From: a virus
Taxonomy: Duplodnaviria; Caudoviricetes
Reading direction: 5' to 3' (one strand)
IMG/VR virus record: IMGVR_UViG_3300046813_000129
Location: 1-40,576 of that record
Length of the DNA stretch: 40,576 nt
The notes below the pieces were generated by a model that was not told where the DNA came from, did not search any database, and saw only the letters and a program-made list of their open reading frames with translations. A program made the position numbers and the translations under genes. This document shows positions 15,121 through 25,292 of the stretch, piece by piece. Positions within the stretch are counted from its first letter, which is position 1. Every line of letters begins with the position of its first letter.

Positions 15121-17387
15121 TACGGCTGCTCCCCGGGCGTCGTGTTGATGCCGTGGGTGATGACGTTCGTGAGGATCTGGCGCGCGTACCCGCGCAGCGC
15201 CTCGTTGGGCCCGTTGTTGGCCTGCTCGACGATCACCGAGAGCGCGTCCTTGCGCTTCTTCAGGTCGGGCCCGAGCGCGTCGGCCGAGAGCTCATCGAAG
15301 ATGCGGAGCTTCGACGGCGGCAAGCCGGTCGCGGCGGTCCGATGGCCCTCGGGCGTGGAGATGTACTCCTGCGCGGAGGGCAGGTTCAAGTTGCGAGCCA
15401 TCGCCCACTCGCGGTCCTCGCCGGGCACCTCGCCGGAGTCGAGCTGCCATGTGTTGGTGTTGAGCTGCTCGGCGGCGCGCTCGATGGGCGTCTTGGGACG
15501 CGTCTCGGGCTGTGAGGTGTCTCGGATCAGGGTCTGCTTGCCGCTGGCGTCGGTCGGGATCTTGACGCCGAACTTGGTGCCGATCTCGCTGACCGTGTCC
15601 TGCGCGGCGTTGTCGATGAGCGCGCGGATTCTGGCTTGCGCCTTGCCGCGGCCCAGGAAGCGCTGAGTGAAGCCGTCGAATCCGCCGCCGAACATGTCGT
15701 CGACCGCCTCGACCTCGCGCGAGGTGTAGTTCGAGCCGACGCTCTTGATGAGGTCCTTCTTCGCGTTCTCGTACTTCGTCTTGATCGCCGCGAACTTCTT
15801 GTAGTCGAGCGACGAAGGATCGGCGTCGAGATCGCGGTTGATGTCCGAGAGCACGTCGACGAAGCGCTGTCCCTGGCTCAGACGCTCGTTGGTCTTGTCG
15901 GCGATCGTTGCGTCGCCCGCGCGCGCCGGCTGGCCCTCCTTGCCCACGAGCGGCTCGAAGGTGTTCGGGTCACGGATCACCGTCGCGTTGTTCTTCGAGC
16001 TGATGTCGAGGTTCTCTTTGTGAGCCTCCTGCCACGCGTGGTAGTCCTTCACCGCCATCGGCGGCGTGCCCGGCGGCGGCACGACGGCCTCGGGCCCGAA
16101 GAGGACCTTGAGCTGCTCGGGCGTGTAGCGCGGCCCCTCCTTGCTCTTCGATTCGCCGATCTTGGCCCACTCGGCCGACTCGGTGGCGCGGTTGTGGCGT
16201 CGCGTCTCGTCGGCGAGCTGCTGCTCGCGCGCGACGCCCTGCAGCTTGATGCTGTCGTCGAACTGCTTCTGCTGGTATGCCTGCATCGCCTGCGCCTGCT
16301 GTGCCTGGACGCCGGCCCGCATCTGCGCGATCTGAAGGCCGCGCGTGCCCTCGGGTGCGTAGTCCTGCTGCTGCGTCGCGAGCAGCTCGTCGGCGTGCTT
16401 GAGCGCGGCGAGCCGCGTCACCTCGGCGGCCTGGTAGAGGTCGCCCGTGCGCGCGTACTCCTCGGCGAGCGCGCCGCGCCGCTGCTGCAACCCCTCCCGC
16501 TGCGAAGCCAGGTCGGCCTTCTGCGTCTCGATGTTGCGATTGATGACGTCGTTGAGCGCGTCGAGGCCCGGATTGCGCGCGCTGCCGGTGCGGCCCTGGT
16601 AGAGCCCGCCGACCACCGCGGCGACGAGCCCGGCCAGCCGCTGCGGGACCGACATGCCGCCAGTCGGGTCGATCTTCGTGTTGGCGATCCGCTGCGCGTC
16701 GGCATCGAGCTGCGCCGACTTGGCCTGCGCGTCGCGAATGGCCTTGTCGCGCATCGCGAGGTTCTGCTGCTGGGTCTGGTAGTCGGCGTCGGCGATCCGG
16801 TGCTGGTCGGCCGCGGCGCGCTTCATCTTGGCGTCGGCCAAGCGCAGGTTGAGCTCGCTGAAGCCCGCCGGGTCACGGCGCGCGAAGTCGTTGAGGTAGC
16901 GCTGCGTTTCGGGGTCGATCGCGCCGTTCGTGATCTTGTCGAGCAGCGCATCGGGATGGGCGGCGTAGTCCTGCGCGACCTGCTGGTAGCGCTGGTCCGG
17001 CGTCAGGCGCTTGTCGGCGGCGTCACCGAAGCCCGGCGCCCCGCCGGCGCCGGTGACCGCGTCGGGCACGGGTAGTTCGCCCGGCTGTTCGGTATGGATC
17101 GTGAAGTCGGGCAGCCCGGCCACGCCCGACGGCGCAGGGGGAGGCGGCGCGAGCGGACCGGGCACGGTCGGAACGGGGCCGGTGTCGAGCTGCGGTGGCG
17201 GTGCGCCGGCAAGGCTCGCGTCGACCGGCGGCGGTCCAGCGACGTCGGGCGTCGCGAGCGGGGCGCCCCACGCGGGCGGCGGCCAGTCGATGCCCGGCTG
17301 CGCGCCGGCTGGCACATCCCAGCTCGGCGGCGGCCACGCCAGCGGCGCGGCGGCAGCGTTCGGATCGATGTCGTCGTCGCCCGCCAC
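15120..17387 (-). CDS. Putative DNA ejection protein, 755 aa
   Basis: Pro-rich N-terminus, Gln/Ala coiled coils and one hydrophobic segment; synteny. Confidence 0.6.
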   Translation of the reverse strand: MAGDDDIDPNAAAAPLAWPPPSWDVPAGAQPGIDWPPPAWGAPLATPDVAGPPPVDASLAGAPPPQLDTGPVPTVPGPLAPPPPAPSGVAGLPDFTIHTEQPGELPVPDAVTGAGGAPGFGDAADKRLTPDQRYQQVAQDYAAHPDALLDKITNGAIDPETQRYLNDFARRDPAGFSELNLRLADAKMKRAAADQHRIADADYQTQQQNLAMRDKAIRDAQAKSAQLDADAQRIANTKIDPTGGMSVPQRLAGLVAAVVGGLYQGRTGSARNPGLDALNDVINRNIETQKADLASQREGLQQRRGALAEEYARTGDLYQAAEVTRLAALKHADELLATQQQDYAPEGTRGLQIAQMRAGVQAQQAQAMQAYQQKQFDDSIKLQGVAREQQLADETRRHNRATESAEWAKIGESKSKEGPRYTPEQLKVLFGPEAVVPPPGTPPMAVKDYHAWQEAHKENLDISSKNNATVIRDPNTFEPLVGKEGQPARAGDATIADKTNERLSQGQRFVDVLSDINRDLDADPSSLDYKKFAAIKTKYENAKKDLIKSVGSNYTSREVEAVDDMFGGGFDGFTQRFLGRGKAQARIRALIDNAAQDTVSEIGTKFGVKIPTDASGKQTLIRDTSQPETRPKTPIERAAEQLNTNTWQLDSGEVPGEDREWAMARNLNLPSAQEYISTPEGHRTAATGLPPSKLRIFDELSADALGPDLKKRKDALSVIVEQANNGPNEALRGYARQILTNVITHGINTTPGEQP

Positions 17388-17390
17388 CGC

Positions 17391-18386
17391 CTACTTCTTC
17401 CCGGCCTTCTCGGCCTCGACCTTGGCGAGCCGCCGACCGAGCGCGGCGATCATGGCGGTGTTGCTCGTCGCGAGCTTCGCGCCGTGCACCATCTTGCCCT
17501 GCGGCGTGTCCATGACCGCGTGGCCCAGGCCGGCGCTCTCGAGGTCCTGCGCCATCACGCCGAGCTGCTTGCCGGCGCCGTACTTGGAGTCCTTGTACGC
17601 GAACGCGAACGGCGAGAGCTTCTTGGTCGCGCGGTTCGCTGCTGCGTCACCGTCGCTGATGTCGGTCTTCAGGCGTCGGTCAGAGGCGACCGCGGCGGCG
17701 CCGGCGGCGATCGCTGGGCCGTACTGCTGGATCCACGAGGGCTGCGGAGCGCCGGTCATGCCAGCGCCGTACCCGCTCATCGCGTTTTGCCGCGAGCTCA
17801 GCGCCGCGTTGAGGTCCTGGCCGCGCATGGTGCCGAGCAGCTGCCCGTACTGGTTCCAGGCCTGGTTGCGCTCCTGCAGGCCTGCAACCGCCTGCTGCCC
17901 GGCGAGGCCGGAGTTGATGTGGCCGCCCTGGATCGCCGCGGTCCGCGCCGCCATGGCGCTGTTCTGCGGCGAGGCGCCCGCGGCGAGCGAGCGCTGCTGC
18001 GCGAGGTTCTGCTGCATCGCCTGCTGCAGCTGCATCCCGCTGACCGAATTTTGGCCGTTCGCGATCGCCTGCAGACCACCGAGCGCTTGCTGGCCTTGCT
18101 GTCCGTACGCGTTGTAGCTCTTCTGATTCTGGTCGGCGAACTGCCCCGCGATGCCGCCCTGCTGCGCGAGCAGAGCTTGGCGCGTGCCATCGTTGACGCC
18201 GACCGGGGCGGGGAGCCCGGTCTGCTGCGCGAGCAGCTGGCCCTGCGTGGACGGGACCAGGCCGCCGGGCGTGCGCTTGTAGGTGTCCGCGGCCCCTGAC
18301 TGGCCGCCGAACGTACTGGAGGCGCCGTTCACGGCGTCCTGGAACTGCTCGACCGGGTTCCAGATGTCTCCGAGGTCAAATCCCAT
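17391..18386 (-). CDS. Gln/Gly-rich pilot/ejection protein with C-terminal peptidase S74 (intramolecular chaperone) domain
   Basis: SDRRLKTDI...FAYK...GVMAQDLE followed by a terminal coiled coil. Confidence 0.78.
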   Translation of the reverse strand: MGFDLGDIWNPVEQFQDAVNGASSTFGGQSGAADTYKRTPGGLVPSTQGQLLAQQTGLPAPVGVNDGTRQALLAQQGGIAGQFADQNQKSYNAYGQQGQQALGGLQAIANGQNSVSGMQLQQAMQQNLAQQRSLAAGASPQNSAMAARTAAIQGGHINSGLAGQQAVAGLQERNQAWNQYGQLLGTMRGQDLNAALSSRQNAMSGYGAGMTGAPQPSWIQQYGPAIAAGAAAVASDRRLKTDISDGDAAANRATKKLSPFAFAYKDSKYGAGKQLGVMAQDLESAGLGHAVMDTPQGKMVHGAKLATSNTAMIAALGRRLAKVEAEKAGKK

Positions 18387-18395
18387 GGTGAGCCC

Positions 18396-21300
18396 TCACT
18401 GCTTCTGCCCCGCGGGGAGGTGTCGGTTGAGTCCCGGCTGGATGCCGACCTCGAGGCCGAGCCCCGTCAGTCGGAACGCTTCGCCGGTGGGCGTGCCGTA
18501 CGCGCCCCCGGAAAACGATGCGGTCGCCACGAGCCCGGACATGGCGGCGGCGTTGACGGTCTTCACCGGGGACACATCGGCGCTTGTCAGCGTGATGAGC
18601 GATGTCGCCGTCGAGATCGCCGCCTCGAGCACGAACACGAACAGCGAGCTGGTCTGGCAGGTGACGCGCACCCCGACCCGGTTCAGGCTCTCCACCCACC
18701 GACCGACCGACGCGTTCCACGTGAAGTGGTCGCGCACGTCGATCGCGTTCGCGCCGAGCTCGAAGCTGATCGCCAGCGAAACCGCGTTGCCCATCTCGCC
18801 GGGCTTGCTCGCGACCGCCGCCCACGTCGCGTTCCAAACGGTCCCCGACGTTGCTACCTGGGGTGAGAGCGCCGTGGTGACGAGCGACGCACGCACGGCC
18901 TCGGTGACCGCGGTCAGCCGCACCTTGATCGCCTCGCAGTTGCCGTTCGACGCACTGGGCGTGTGCCGCAGCTGCAGCGCGCTGCCGACGACGGTCGGGG
19001 TCGGTGACCACGCCTTGTCGTCGTAGTAGACGGCGTTGCCGGCGCCGTCGTACTGGTAGTCGCGCGCCAGCCGGACGCGCACGAGACATACGCTCCGGAA
19101 CTCGCCGAGCGGCATCACCGCGCCGACCTTGCCGGCGCCCTGCAAGTCGGCGAGCTTGATCCAGTCGAGCTCGACGTCGGCCCCGTAGGTCAGGCCGGTC
19201 ATCGCGGCCTGCTCGAGCTTGGGGCCGGTCGTGGTCAGGTAGACGTACTGGCCCTGCCACATCGTGGCGTGCAGCCCGTCGGCGATCGTCCACTCCGCCC
19301 ATTGCCCGAATCCGTCGGCGTCGGTCGCATCGACGGCGCCGCGGTAGTCCCACAGCAACAGCCGGCTGTTCGTCAGAATGCGGACCTGGTGCCGCGAGGT
19401 CTGCACGTGCATCGCGAGCACCGTGTCGGTGTCGAACGACGCCACAGCGCCGCCGACGTAGCGGACCTGGCCGCCGCGGTCGAGCCACTGCCAGCCTTTC
19501 CGGCTCTTGAACAGCGTGCCGATCGGCGTCAGCGCCTGCGCCTCCTGCGAGACCGGCCCAACGTCCGACGAGACGATGCGTGGCGGACCGAACTGCTGCC
19601 CCTGGCTCAGGTTGTCGAGCCCGACACCGGGCAATGCGTGGATCGACGTCTCGCGGCCGACGTAGAGGACCTCGTCCTGAAACCAGATCGCGGTGATCGC
19701 GCCGCCGATGCGCGGCACCTCGACCGGGAGCTCGTCATGGAACGACGCCACAGCGCCGTCCTCGCGCTCGCGCGACGGCCAGACGCGATTCGGATCGCCA
19801 GCGACACCCGCAAGGAACAGGCGCGTGTCGGTCGCAATCACGATCTGCGCGGCCGGCGGCGCGAGGCGCTCGAGGAAGCCGCCGTTCTCGGGGTTCGCCT
19901 CCTTGGTGGTCAAGGTCGCGTCGGAAAAGAAGTCGTTGAACGCTGGCAGCGTGGTCAGCGTCGGATCGTTGGGCATGTAGCGGTTCGGGTTCGTGAGCGC
20001 GGTCGGATCGTTCGAGGTCACCAGGTAGAGCGGCGCGTCCTGCGTGGGCGACACGGCGCTGCGCCAGATCTCGGCGGCAGGCGGCACAGCCGTCTTGTGC
20101 GTGACCGTCAAGGGCGCAAAGGGCGAGACGAACGACGTGCTGTTGCCGCTCACCGTGACGGTCGCGATGGTCGCCGTCGTCGAGCGGTCGACCTCGCCCT
20201 GGGCATTCTGGTAGCGCCACGTGCTCTCGTACGCGTAGATGCCGGCGCCCACCGAGCCGCCGCCCGACGCGTCGATGACGCTCAGCACCCAGGGGTAGAC
20301 GTGAAATCCGACCTCGACGAGCCGGGTCCCGTCGTACTGGAGGATCTCGCCGCCGGCGACGTAGAGCGTGCGACCGAGTTGCGCGGCGCGGCGGCACGCG
20401 TTCGTGTCGAACGTGAAGGTGACGTCGATCGGCTCGCGGGCCGCGAATCCGGCGCTCCCGTCGGCCAGCTCGAGGCGGCGGCGCTTCGCCGCGCACCATG
20501 CAAAGCCGGTCGAGCCCGACACGAGCGCCACCCCCGGGAGGTTGCCGCTCGTCGGCGCGAAGCCGCCGCCTTCCCCGAACACCGACTTGGCCACAAGGAA
20601 CGCATCATCGCGGTACAGGAAGTAGGTGTTCTGCAGCGAGACCGGCGCGATCCGGAACGGGCCGGTGACGTTGGTCGTGCTGGCGCCGGCGAACGTGAGC
20701 CACACATAGACCGAGCCGGCGTAGTCGAAGGCGCGCGAGGCCACGCCGAGGTGGCGCACGAACGTCACCTGCGTGCCGAGGCTGTTCGCCGTGTCGACCC
20801 AGTTGGACTTGCTCTGCCAGGTGGAGTCGGAGTCATTCTCCTGCGACGACCAGAATGCGTAGCAGCGAAACGCACCGCCGTTCTGCACGCTGCGGTGCGC
20901 CGCCGCGATCTGGTTGACCGGCGTGGACAGCACCGTCCCGACCGCCTGTGCCGTGAACACATCGACCAGGGTGCTCGTGGTCAGGAGGTCGCCCTGGATG
21001 TTGGTGCCGTTCGCGCGCACAACCTGCACCTGGGTCCCGTCCGGAATCGCCGAGACCGCGATCGGCCCGTCGCACGTGCGCGCCTTCGTCGTCGTCAGCG
21101 ACCCGAGCGCCGGCGTGACCGTGAACACCGAGTAGCTGGTCGACACGGTGCGCGTGAACGCTCCGACGCACAGGTCCTGCGTCCCGGCGCGCACGACGTC
21201 GTAGGGGCCCTGGACGTTGCCCACGTTGAGCGCGACACCCGCCGACGCGATGCCGGTCGCCGGGTTCGCCGGATCGATCGTCCGGACCCGCAACGTCGTC

Positions 21301-21845
21301 GGCTCGGTGACGAACAGCAGTATCTTCGTGGCCAGCGCAACCAGCCGCGGCCTGGCCGTGCTGGCGCCGAGCGATGTCGGCGAGGCGAGCACCGAGCCGG
21401 TCACCTTGTCTAGCGCCGCGGCGAACGTGTTCGACCCCTCATCCCAGGCGTAGAGGATGGTGCCCGTGAGCTCGGCGCGATCGCCGCGAACCTGATCGCC
21501 GGTGGTCGCGAAGCGCGGGGTCTCGGCGACCGCGCACGCCAGGTGCGTCCCGCGCAGCACCCACGCCGCGAGCTGGGCGTTCCAGCTGTAGAGCGCGGTG
21601 TCGGTGAACACGAGCAGCTCGTCACCGTTGGCCACGATCTGCCGGCAGTTCGCGAGCGTGCCGCCACCGAAGATGGCGTTGGACATCGCCGCGAACGGCG
21701 GTCGCGGCTGCAACCCGCCCAGGAGCTCGAAGTGGACGTCGCGCGCGATCGACAGGTTCGGCGGCGAGGCCGCGCGCGGATCCTTCTTCTGGTCGAGCCC
21801 GCGCCCGAACGGGATCTGGATCGTGGTCCAGGTGAGGCGCGCCAT
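18396..21845 (-). CDS. Tail hub/nozzle protein (P22 gp10 / T7 gp12-like position), 1149 aa
   Basis: Start MARLTWTTIQIPFGRGLDQK overlaps the previous stop; beta-propeller-like segments (RLFLAG...NRVWPS, SSDVGPVS, GTLFKSRKG). Confidence 0.7.
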   Translation of the reverse strand: MARLTWTTIQIPFGRGLDQKKDPRAASPPNLSIARDVHFELLGGLQPRPPFAAMSNAIFGGGTLANCRQIVANGDELLVFTDTALYSWNAQLAAWVLRGTHLACAVAETPRFATTGDQVRGDRAELTGTILYAWDEGSNTFAAALDKVTGSVLASPTSLGASTARPRLVALATKILLFVTEPTTLRVRTIDPANPATGIASAGVALNVGNVQGPYDVVRAGTQDLCVGAFTRTVSTSYSVFTVTPALGSLTTTKARTCDGPIAVSAIPDGTQVQVVRANGTNIQGDLLTTSTLVDVFTAQAVGTVLSTPVNQIAAAHRSVQNGGAFRCYAFWSSQENDSDSTWQSKSNWVDTANSLGTQVTFVRHLGVASRAFDYAGSVYVWLTFAGASTTNVTGPFRIAPVSLQNTYFLYRDDAFLVAKSVFGEGGGFAPTSGNLPGVALVSGSTGFAWCAAKRRRLELADGSAGFAAREPIDVTFTFDTNACRRAAQLGRTLYVAGGEILQYDGTRLVEVGFHVYPWVLSVIDASGGGSVGAGIYAYESTWRYQNAQGEVDRSTTATIATVTVSGNSTSFVSPFAPLTVTHKTAVPPAAEIWRSAVSPTQDAPLYLVTSNDPTALTNPNRYMPNDPTLTTLPAFNDFFSDATLTTKEANPENGGFLERLAPPAAQIVIATDTRLFLAGVAGDPNRVWPSREREDGAVASFHDELPVEVPRIGGAITAIWFQDEVLYVGRETSIHALPGVGLDNLSQGQQFGPPRIVSSDVGPVSQEAQALTPIGTLFKSRKGWQWLDRGGQVRYVGGAVASFDTDTVLAMHVQTSRHQVRILTNSRLLLWDYRGAVDATDADGFGQWAEWTIADGLHATMWQGQYVYLTTTGPKLEQAAMTGLTYGADVELDWIKLADLQGAGKVGAVMPLGEFRSVCLVRVRLARDYQYDGAGNAVYYDDKAWSPTPTVVGSALQLRHTPSASNGNCEAIKVRLTAVTEAVRASLVTTALSPQVATSGTVWNATWAAVASKPGEMGNAVSLAISFELGANAIDVRDHFTWNASVGRWVESLNRVGVRVTCQTSSLFVFVLEAAISTATSLITLTSADVSPVKTVNAAAMSGLVATASFSGGAYGTPTGEAFRLTGLGLEVGIQPGLNRHLPAGQKQ

Positions 21846-22204
21846 CAGAACACCACCACGTCGATGGTCACGGTCGTGCCGAATGCGCCGGTGACGAGCG
21901 CGATCACCTTCGTGCTGTCGACCGGCTTGCCGCCGACCGTGCCGCGGACCTCCTCGACCAGGCCGACCAGGACGCCAGTGCCATCCGGCGCGCGCGGCAC
22001 CGACAAGATCACGGCGCGCGGCGCGCGGCCCAGGCCGTGCGGCACGAACACGACGCTCGGGTTCGGCAGTTCGACGTCGCGGATCACCCGGATGTCGGCG
22101 CACACGAGCGCCTGCAGCTCGCGGATGCGCTGGTCGATGTTGCGGCGCACCGCCTCGAACAGCGGGTCCTTGAGCACCTGCGCGAGCGCGGCCGTGAACT
22201 TCAT
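21845..22204 (-). CDS. Small tail-associated protein, 119 aa
   Basis: ATGA-coupled start MKFTAALAQ; HGLGRAP motif typical of tail needle/fibre knob-like domains. Confidence 0.6.
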   Translation of the reverse strand: MKFTAALAQVLKDPLFEAVRRNIDQRIRELQALVCADIRVIRDVELPNPSVVFVPHGLGRAPRAVILSVPRAPDGTGVLVGLVEEVRGTVGGKPVDSTKVIALVTGAFGTTVTIDVVVF

Positions 22205-22926
22205 TGGCCCCACCGCCAGTGCCACGCGCCGGGATCCCAGTACTCCCAGTCGTAGCCGCCCCCGCCGCATGGGCCGGCCCCGCCGGACCCCCTCGGGATG
22301 CGGCGGCGCGGGTTCACCAGCGCGCGCCGCTGGACGTCGACCGCGAACCGCTTGCCGGCGGCGTCGCGCTCGGTGATGGCCAGGGTCGGGTCGCGGTCGC
22401 GCTTGGGCAGGGCCTTGACCGCGACGCCCCAGATCAAGAACGCCTCGCCGTCGGACGTGATGAGGTCGAACATCGACAGGTCGGCCAGCGAGGACAGGTC
22501 CGGCGATTGGGGCACGTAGATGTGCCGGTACGTACCGCTCGGCGGCCTGGGCGAGAGCACGAGCGTCTGGCCCACGACGGCGTAGGCCGTCGCGTCGGCG
22601 ACCTGGCCGGTCATCACGTCGCGCTCCTGGATCATGAGCTCGCCGAGCGGCTCCCAGCGTCCGCTCACCGCGTCGATCAGGCGGTCGACGCCGATCGTCG
22701 CGTCGTGATCGGCCGGCAGCGGGTACGTCGCAGCGCCGGTCGCAGTGACCGTGTCGGTCGACTCGAAGTAGCGCATTCCCGCCGACACCACGGTCGAATA
22801 CAGCTGCCCGTACTGCTCGCTGATGAGCGCCTTCCACTCGGTCGGCGCGAGGATGCTATCGCCCTCCATGTCAGCGCGGCGCTGACAGCGGAGGACGGCA
22901 TCGCTCATCAGGATCAGCCGGGGCAT
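22201..22926 (-). CDS. Head-tail adaptor (P22 gp4 / T7 gp11-like)
   Basis: RCQRRADM...YPLPADH...L.LSPRP...Y.P pattern; located between head and tail hub genes. Confidence 0.7.
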   Translation of the reverse strand: MPRLILMSDAVLRCQRRADMEGDSILAPTEWKALISEQYGQLYSTVVSAGMRYFESTDTVTATGAATYPLPADHDATIGVDRLIDAVSGRWEPLGELMIQERDVMTGQVADATAYAVVGQTLVLSPRPPSGTYRHIYVPQSPDLSSLADLSMFDLITSDGEAFLIWGVAVKALPKRDRDPTLAITERDAAGKRFAVDVQRRALVNPRRRIPRGSGGAGPCGGGGYDWEYWDPGAWHWRWGQ

Positions 22927-22930
22927 CGCC

Positions 22931-23308
22931 TCACATCGTCAGGTTCTGCATCGCGAACGCGATGCGGACGGTCAACCGCTGCGTCGCGGTCAGGTCCGCG
23001 AGCGCGTTCGACCCGTTGTTGATGTTCAGGCGCAGCGTGCGTGTCGTGGTGTTGTAGGCACCGGCGCAGACGGTGAAGCCCGCAACGCCCGACGGCGTGT
23101 CGGCCTCGAAGCCGTAACCGATGATGCCGAGGTACGTGCCGGGGTACTCCTGCCAGACCAGGTCGACGACGCCGGTCGAGATGTAGTTGACGGTGAAGCC
23201 GACCGAGACGAGGTCGACAACGGCCGCGGCGCCGCCGGCGAACCGGGCGAGCCGGCTGTACTCGCCGCCGACGACGTCGCTGATGACGGGTGCTGCTCCG
23301 TAGGACAT
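22931..23308 (-). CDS. Virion structural protein
   Basis: Late operon, beta-rich, tight spacing. Confidence 0.6.
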   Translation of the reverse strand: MSYGAAPVISDVVGGEYSRLARFAGGAAAVVDLVSVGFTVNYISTGVVDLVWQEYPGTYLGIIGYGFEADTPSGVAGFTVCAGAYNTTTRTLRLNINNGSNALADLTATQRLTVRIAFAMQNLTM

Positions 23309-23311
23309 GGC

Positions 23312-24058
23312 TCAGCGCTCCCTCAGGCCCAGCGAGATCTCGTACGTCGCGGCGACCGACTGCGACGGGGCGATCTCGTGGAGCAAGAAGCTCTGGTTGG
23401 GGCCAAGGATGACCGGCGGGCAGTGGACCGGGATGAGCTGGACGTTGGTGCCGCCGATGTCCGCGCCGCTCGGCGACACGGTGGGCTGGCCGAACGTGAA
23501 CAGGTAGACGTCGCCGATCACCTTGATGGCCGGCCGGATCTGCCCGTGCTTGACCCGGCGGACCGCCGCGCTCGCCGCGCTCGCAGTCAGCGCGCCGAAG
23601 TTGATCGTCGAGATCGACGCGAACCCGCTGTCCATGTTCGGGTTGACCGCCGGCAGCGGCGTGCCGCCGCTGCCGAAGCGGTTGCCGCTGTCGATCGACA
23701 TCGCGAACTGGAAGCTCGTGCCGTTCGTGCCGGCCGCGCGGACCTCGAGTGCGATCCACTCGAGGTAGACGCGCTTGGCCGGCGCCGACGTCGCGGTCAG
23801 CGAGTTGTAGAGCGAGAGCAGCGCGACCGTCGCGCTGAACGCGGTCGGCGCCGCGGTGCCGGTGATCGCGCTTCCGAGCGTCGGGTTTGTCGCGACGAAG
23901 TAGCTCCCCTCGTCGGCGCTCTGCCGCGGATCGGTGAGCTGCATGAGCTGCTCGCCGTAGCGCGACATGCGCTGCTGGGTGGGCAGGCCGTTGACCTGCG
24001 GGACGGTGAGCTCCCGGTTCGGGAGCCCCATGATGTTGACCAGATCGCCATTCGCCAT
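23312..24058 (-). CDS. Virion structural/decoration protein
   Basis: Directly after the capsid gene; GAGGAG SD. Confidence 0.6.
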   Translation of the reverse strand: MANGDLVNIMGLPNRELTVPQVNGLPTQQRMSRYGEQLMQLTDPRQSADEGSYFVATNPTLGSAITGTAAPTAFSATVALLSLYNSLTATSAPAKRVYLEWIALEVRAAGTNGTSFQFAMSIDSGNRFGSGGTPLPAVNPNMDSGFASISTINFGALTASAASAAVRRVKHGQIRPAIKVIGDVYLFTFGQPTVSPSGADIGGTNVQLIPVHCPPVILGPNQSFLLHEIAPSQSVAATYEISLGLRER

Positions 24059-24068
24059 GTGGAACTCC

Positions 24069-25292
24069 TCAGATCTGGAACACGAAGTGGTCGCGGGTGT
24101 TGTTCTGGATGTAGTTGCCGTGGAACCGCACCCGCGTCTCGATGCTGTCGGCGTTGGCCGAGCGCAGGTTCGGGTTCTCGTCGTCCATGATGATGTGGAC
24201 GAGCTCGCCCGAGCGCCGGATGTAGTGCGATTCCGGCTTGTAGCCGCGCACGCGGTCGATCGGGCAGTCCGGATCCGACCAGAGCCGCATGCGACCGGCC
24301 GGGGTGGTGACGTACGCGGTCTCGAAGCCGTACTCGAGCTGGCCGCCGGCCTCCTGGTAGATGACCTTCGCGTTGCCGCGCCGGACCACGCCCCAGAAGT
24401 TGAGCGGGTTGATGACGACGTCGGTCACCATGCCGCCGACCGAGCGGACCTGGATCCCGGCGAGACCGGCGCTCTCCTCGAGCGTCTGATTGAGCGACAC
24501 GGTCGTGGTGAGCCGGGTGCCCGAGAGCCGCTCGGGGTAGACGAAGCGATCGACGTTGCGGAACAGCACGCCCGAAGTCGGCGTCGCGATCGGCGTGTTG
24601 TCCTCCATCCCGTTCATCGAGGTCCCGGCGTCGCCGGCGTTGAACAGGAAGTCGTTGTCGGCGAAGCCCGAGATTGCGGCCGCGCTGGCGAGCGTGATCT
24701 GGCCGAGCGACAGGTTGACCGCGGTCACCGTGGTGGTGCCGGTGCGCGGGCTCGTGCCATCAGCGTTCTGCGCTGCGCTCACCGTCTGGTCGATCTCGAA
24801 GTTGCGCGCGTCGTCGACCGTCGCGAGCTGCACCGTGTTGCTCGAGATGCTGGCGCGCTTGCCGCGCGTCGCCGCCGAGGTGCGGAACAGGTCGAACGCG
24901 AGGTGGCCGACCGTCGCGTTGATGGTGTCGTCGGTGGTCAGCGTCACCAGGTCGGTGAACGCGCCGTCGTCCTCGCACTTGAGGATGTCCGGGCCACCGA
25001 CGAGCACGTTGCCGTACTTGAGGCTCGCCGTCGCGACGAACTGCACGCCCTTGGTGGCGCTCGCCTGCGACTGCGAGAATGAGAACGTGTTCGAGACGCC
25101 CTGGGGGTTGCCGAACTTCATCGGGTAGCGGAAGTCGCTGCCGACGAACTGGCCCTCGTGACCGGGCGCCTTCGACTCCTTGAGGATCTGCTCGAGGGTC
25201 GGGTGCATGCGCAGCGCGACGTCGGCGATCCCGGTCGCGTACTGCGTCTTGAAGATGTACGCCGCGGTTGATGCGGTATTGGTAACTGCCAT
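24069..25292 (-). CDS. Major capsid protein, 407 aa
   Basis: Size, position after the scaffold, strong codon bias, HK97-fold-like segments (GME...FRNVDR, G.MRLWSDPDCP). Confidence 0.8.
   Translation of the reverse strand: MAVTNTASTAAYIFKTQYATGIADVALRMHPTLEQILKESKAPGHEGQFVGSDFRYPMKFGNPQGVSNTFSFSQSQASATKGVQFVATASLKYGNVLVGGPDILKCEDDGAFTDLVTLTTDDTINATVGHLAFDLFRTSAATRGKRASISSNTVQLATVDDARNFEIDQTVSAAQNADGTSPRTGTTTVTAVNLSLGQITLASAAAISGFADNDFLFNAGDAGTSMNGMEDNTPIATPTSGVLFRNVDRFVYPERLSGTRLTTTVSLNQTLEESAGLAGIQVRSVGGMVTDVVINPLNFWGVVRRGNAKVIYQEAGGQLEYGFETAYVTTPAGRMRLWSDPDCPIDRVRGYKPESHYIRRSGELVHIIMDDENPNLRSANADSIETRVRFHGNYIQNNTRDHFVFQI

Noticed and set aside
11474-21845. Diversity-generating retroelement or tail-fibre shufflon
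   Set aside because: No reverse transcriptase, TR/VR pair or repeated cassettes were seen.
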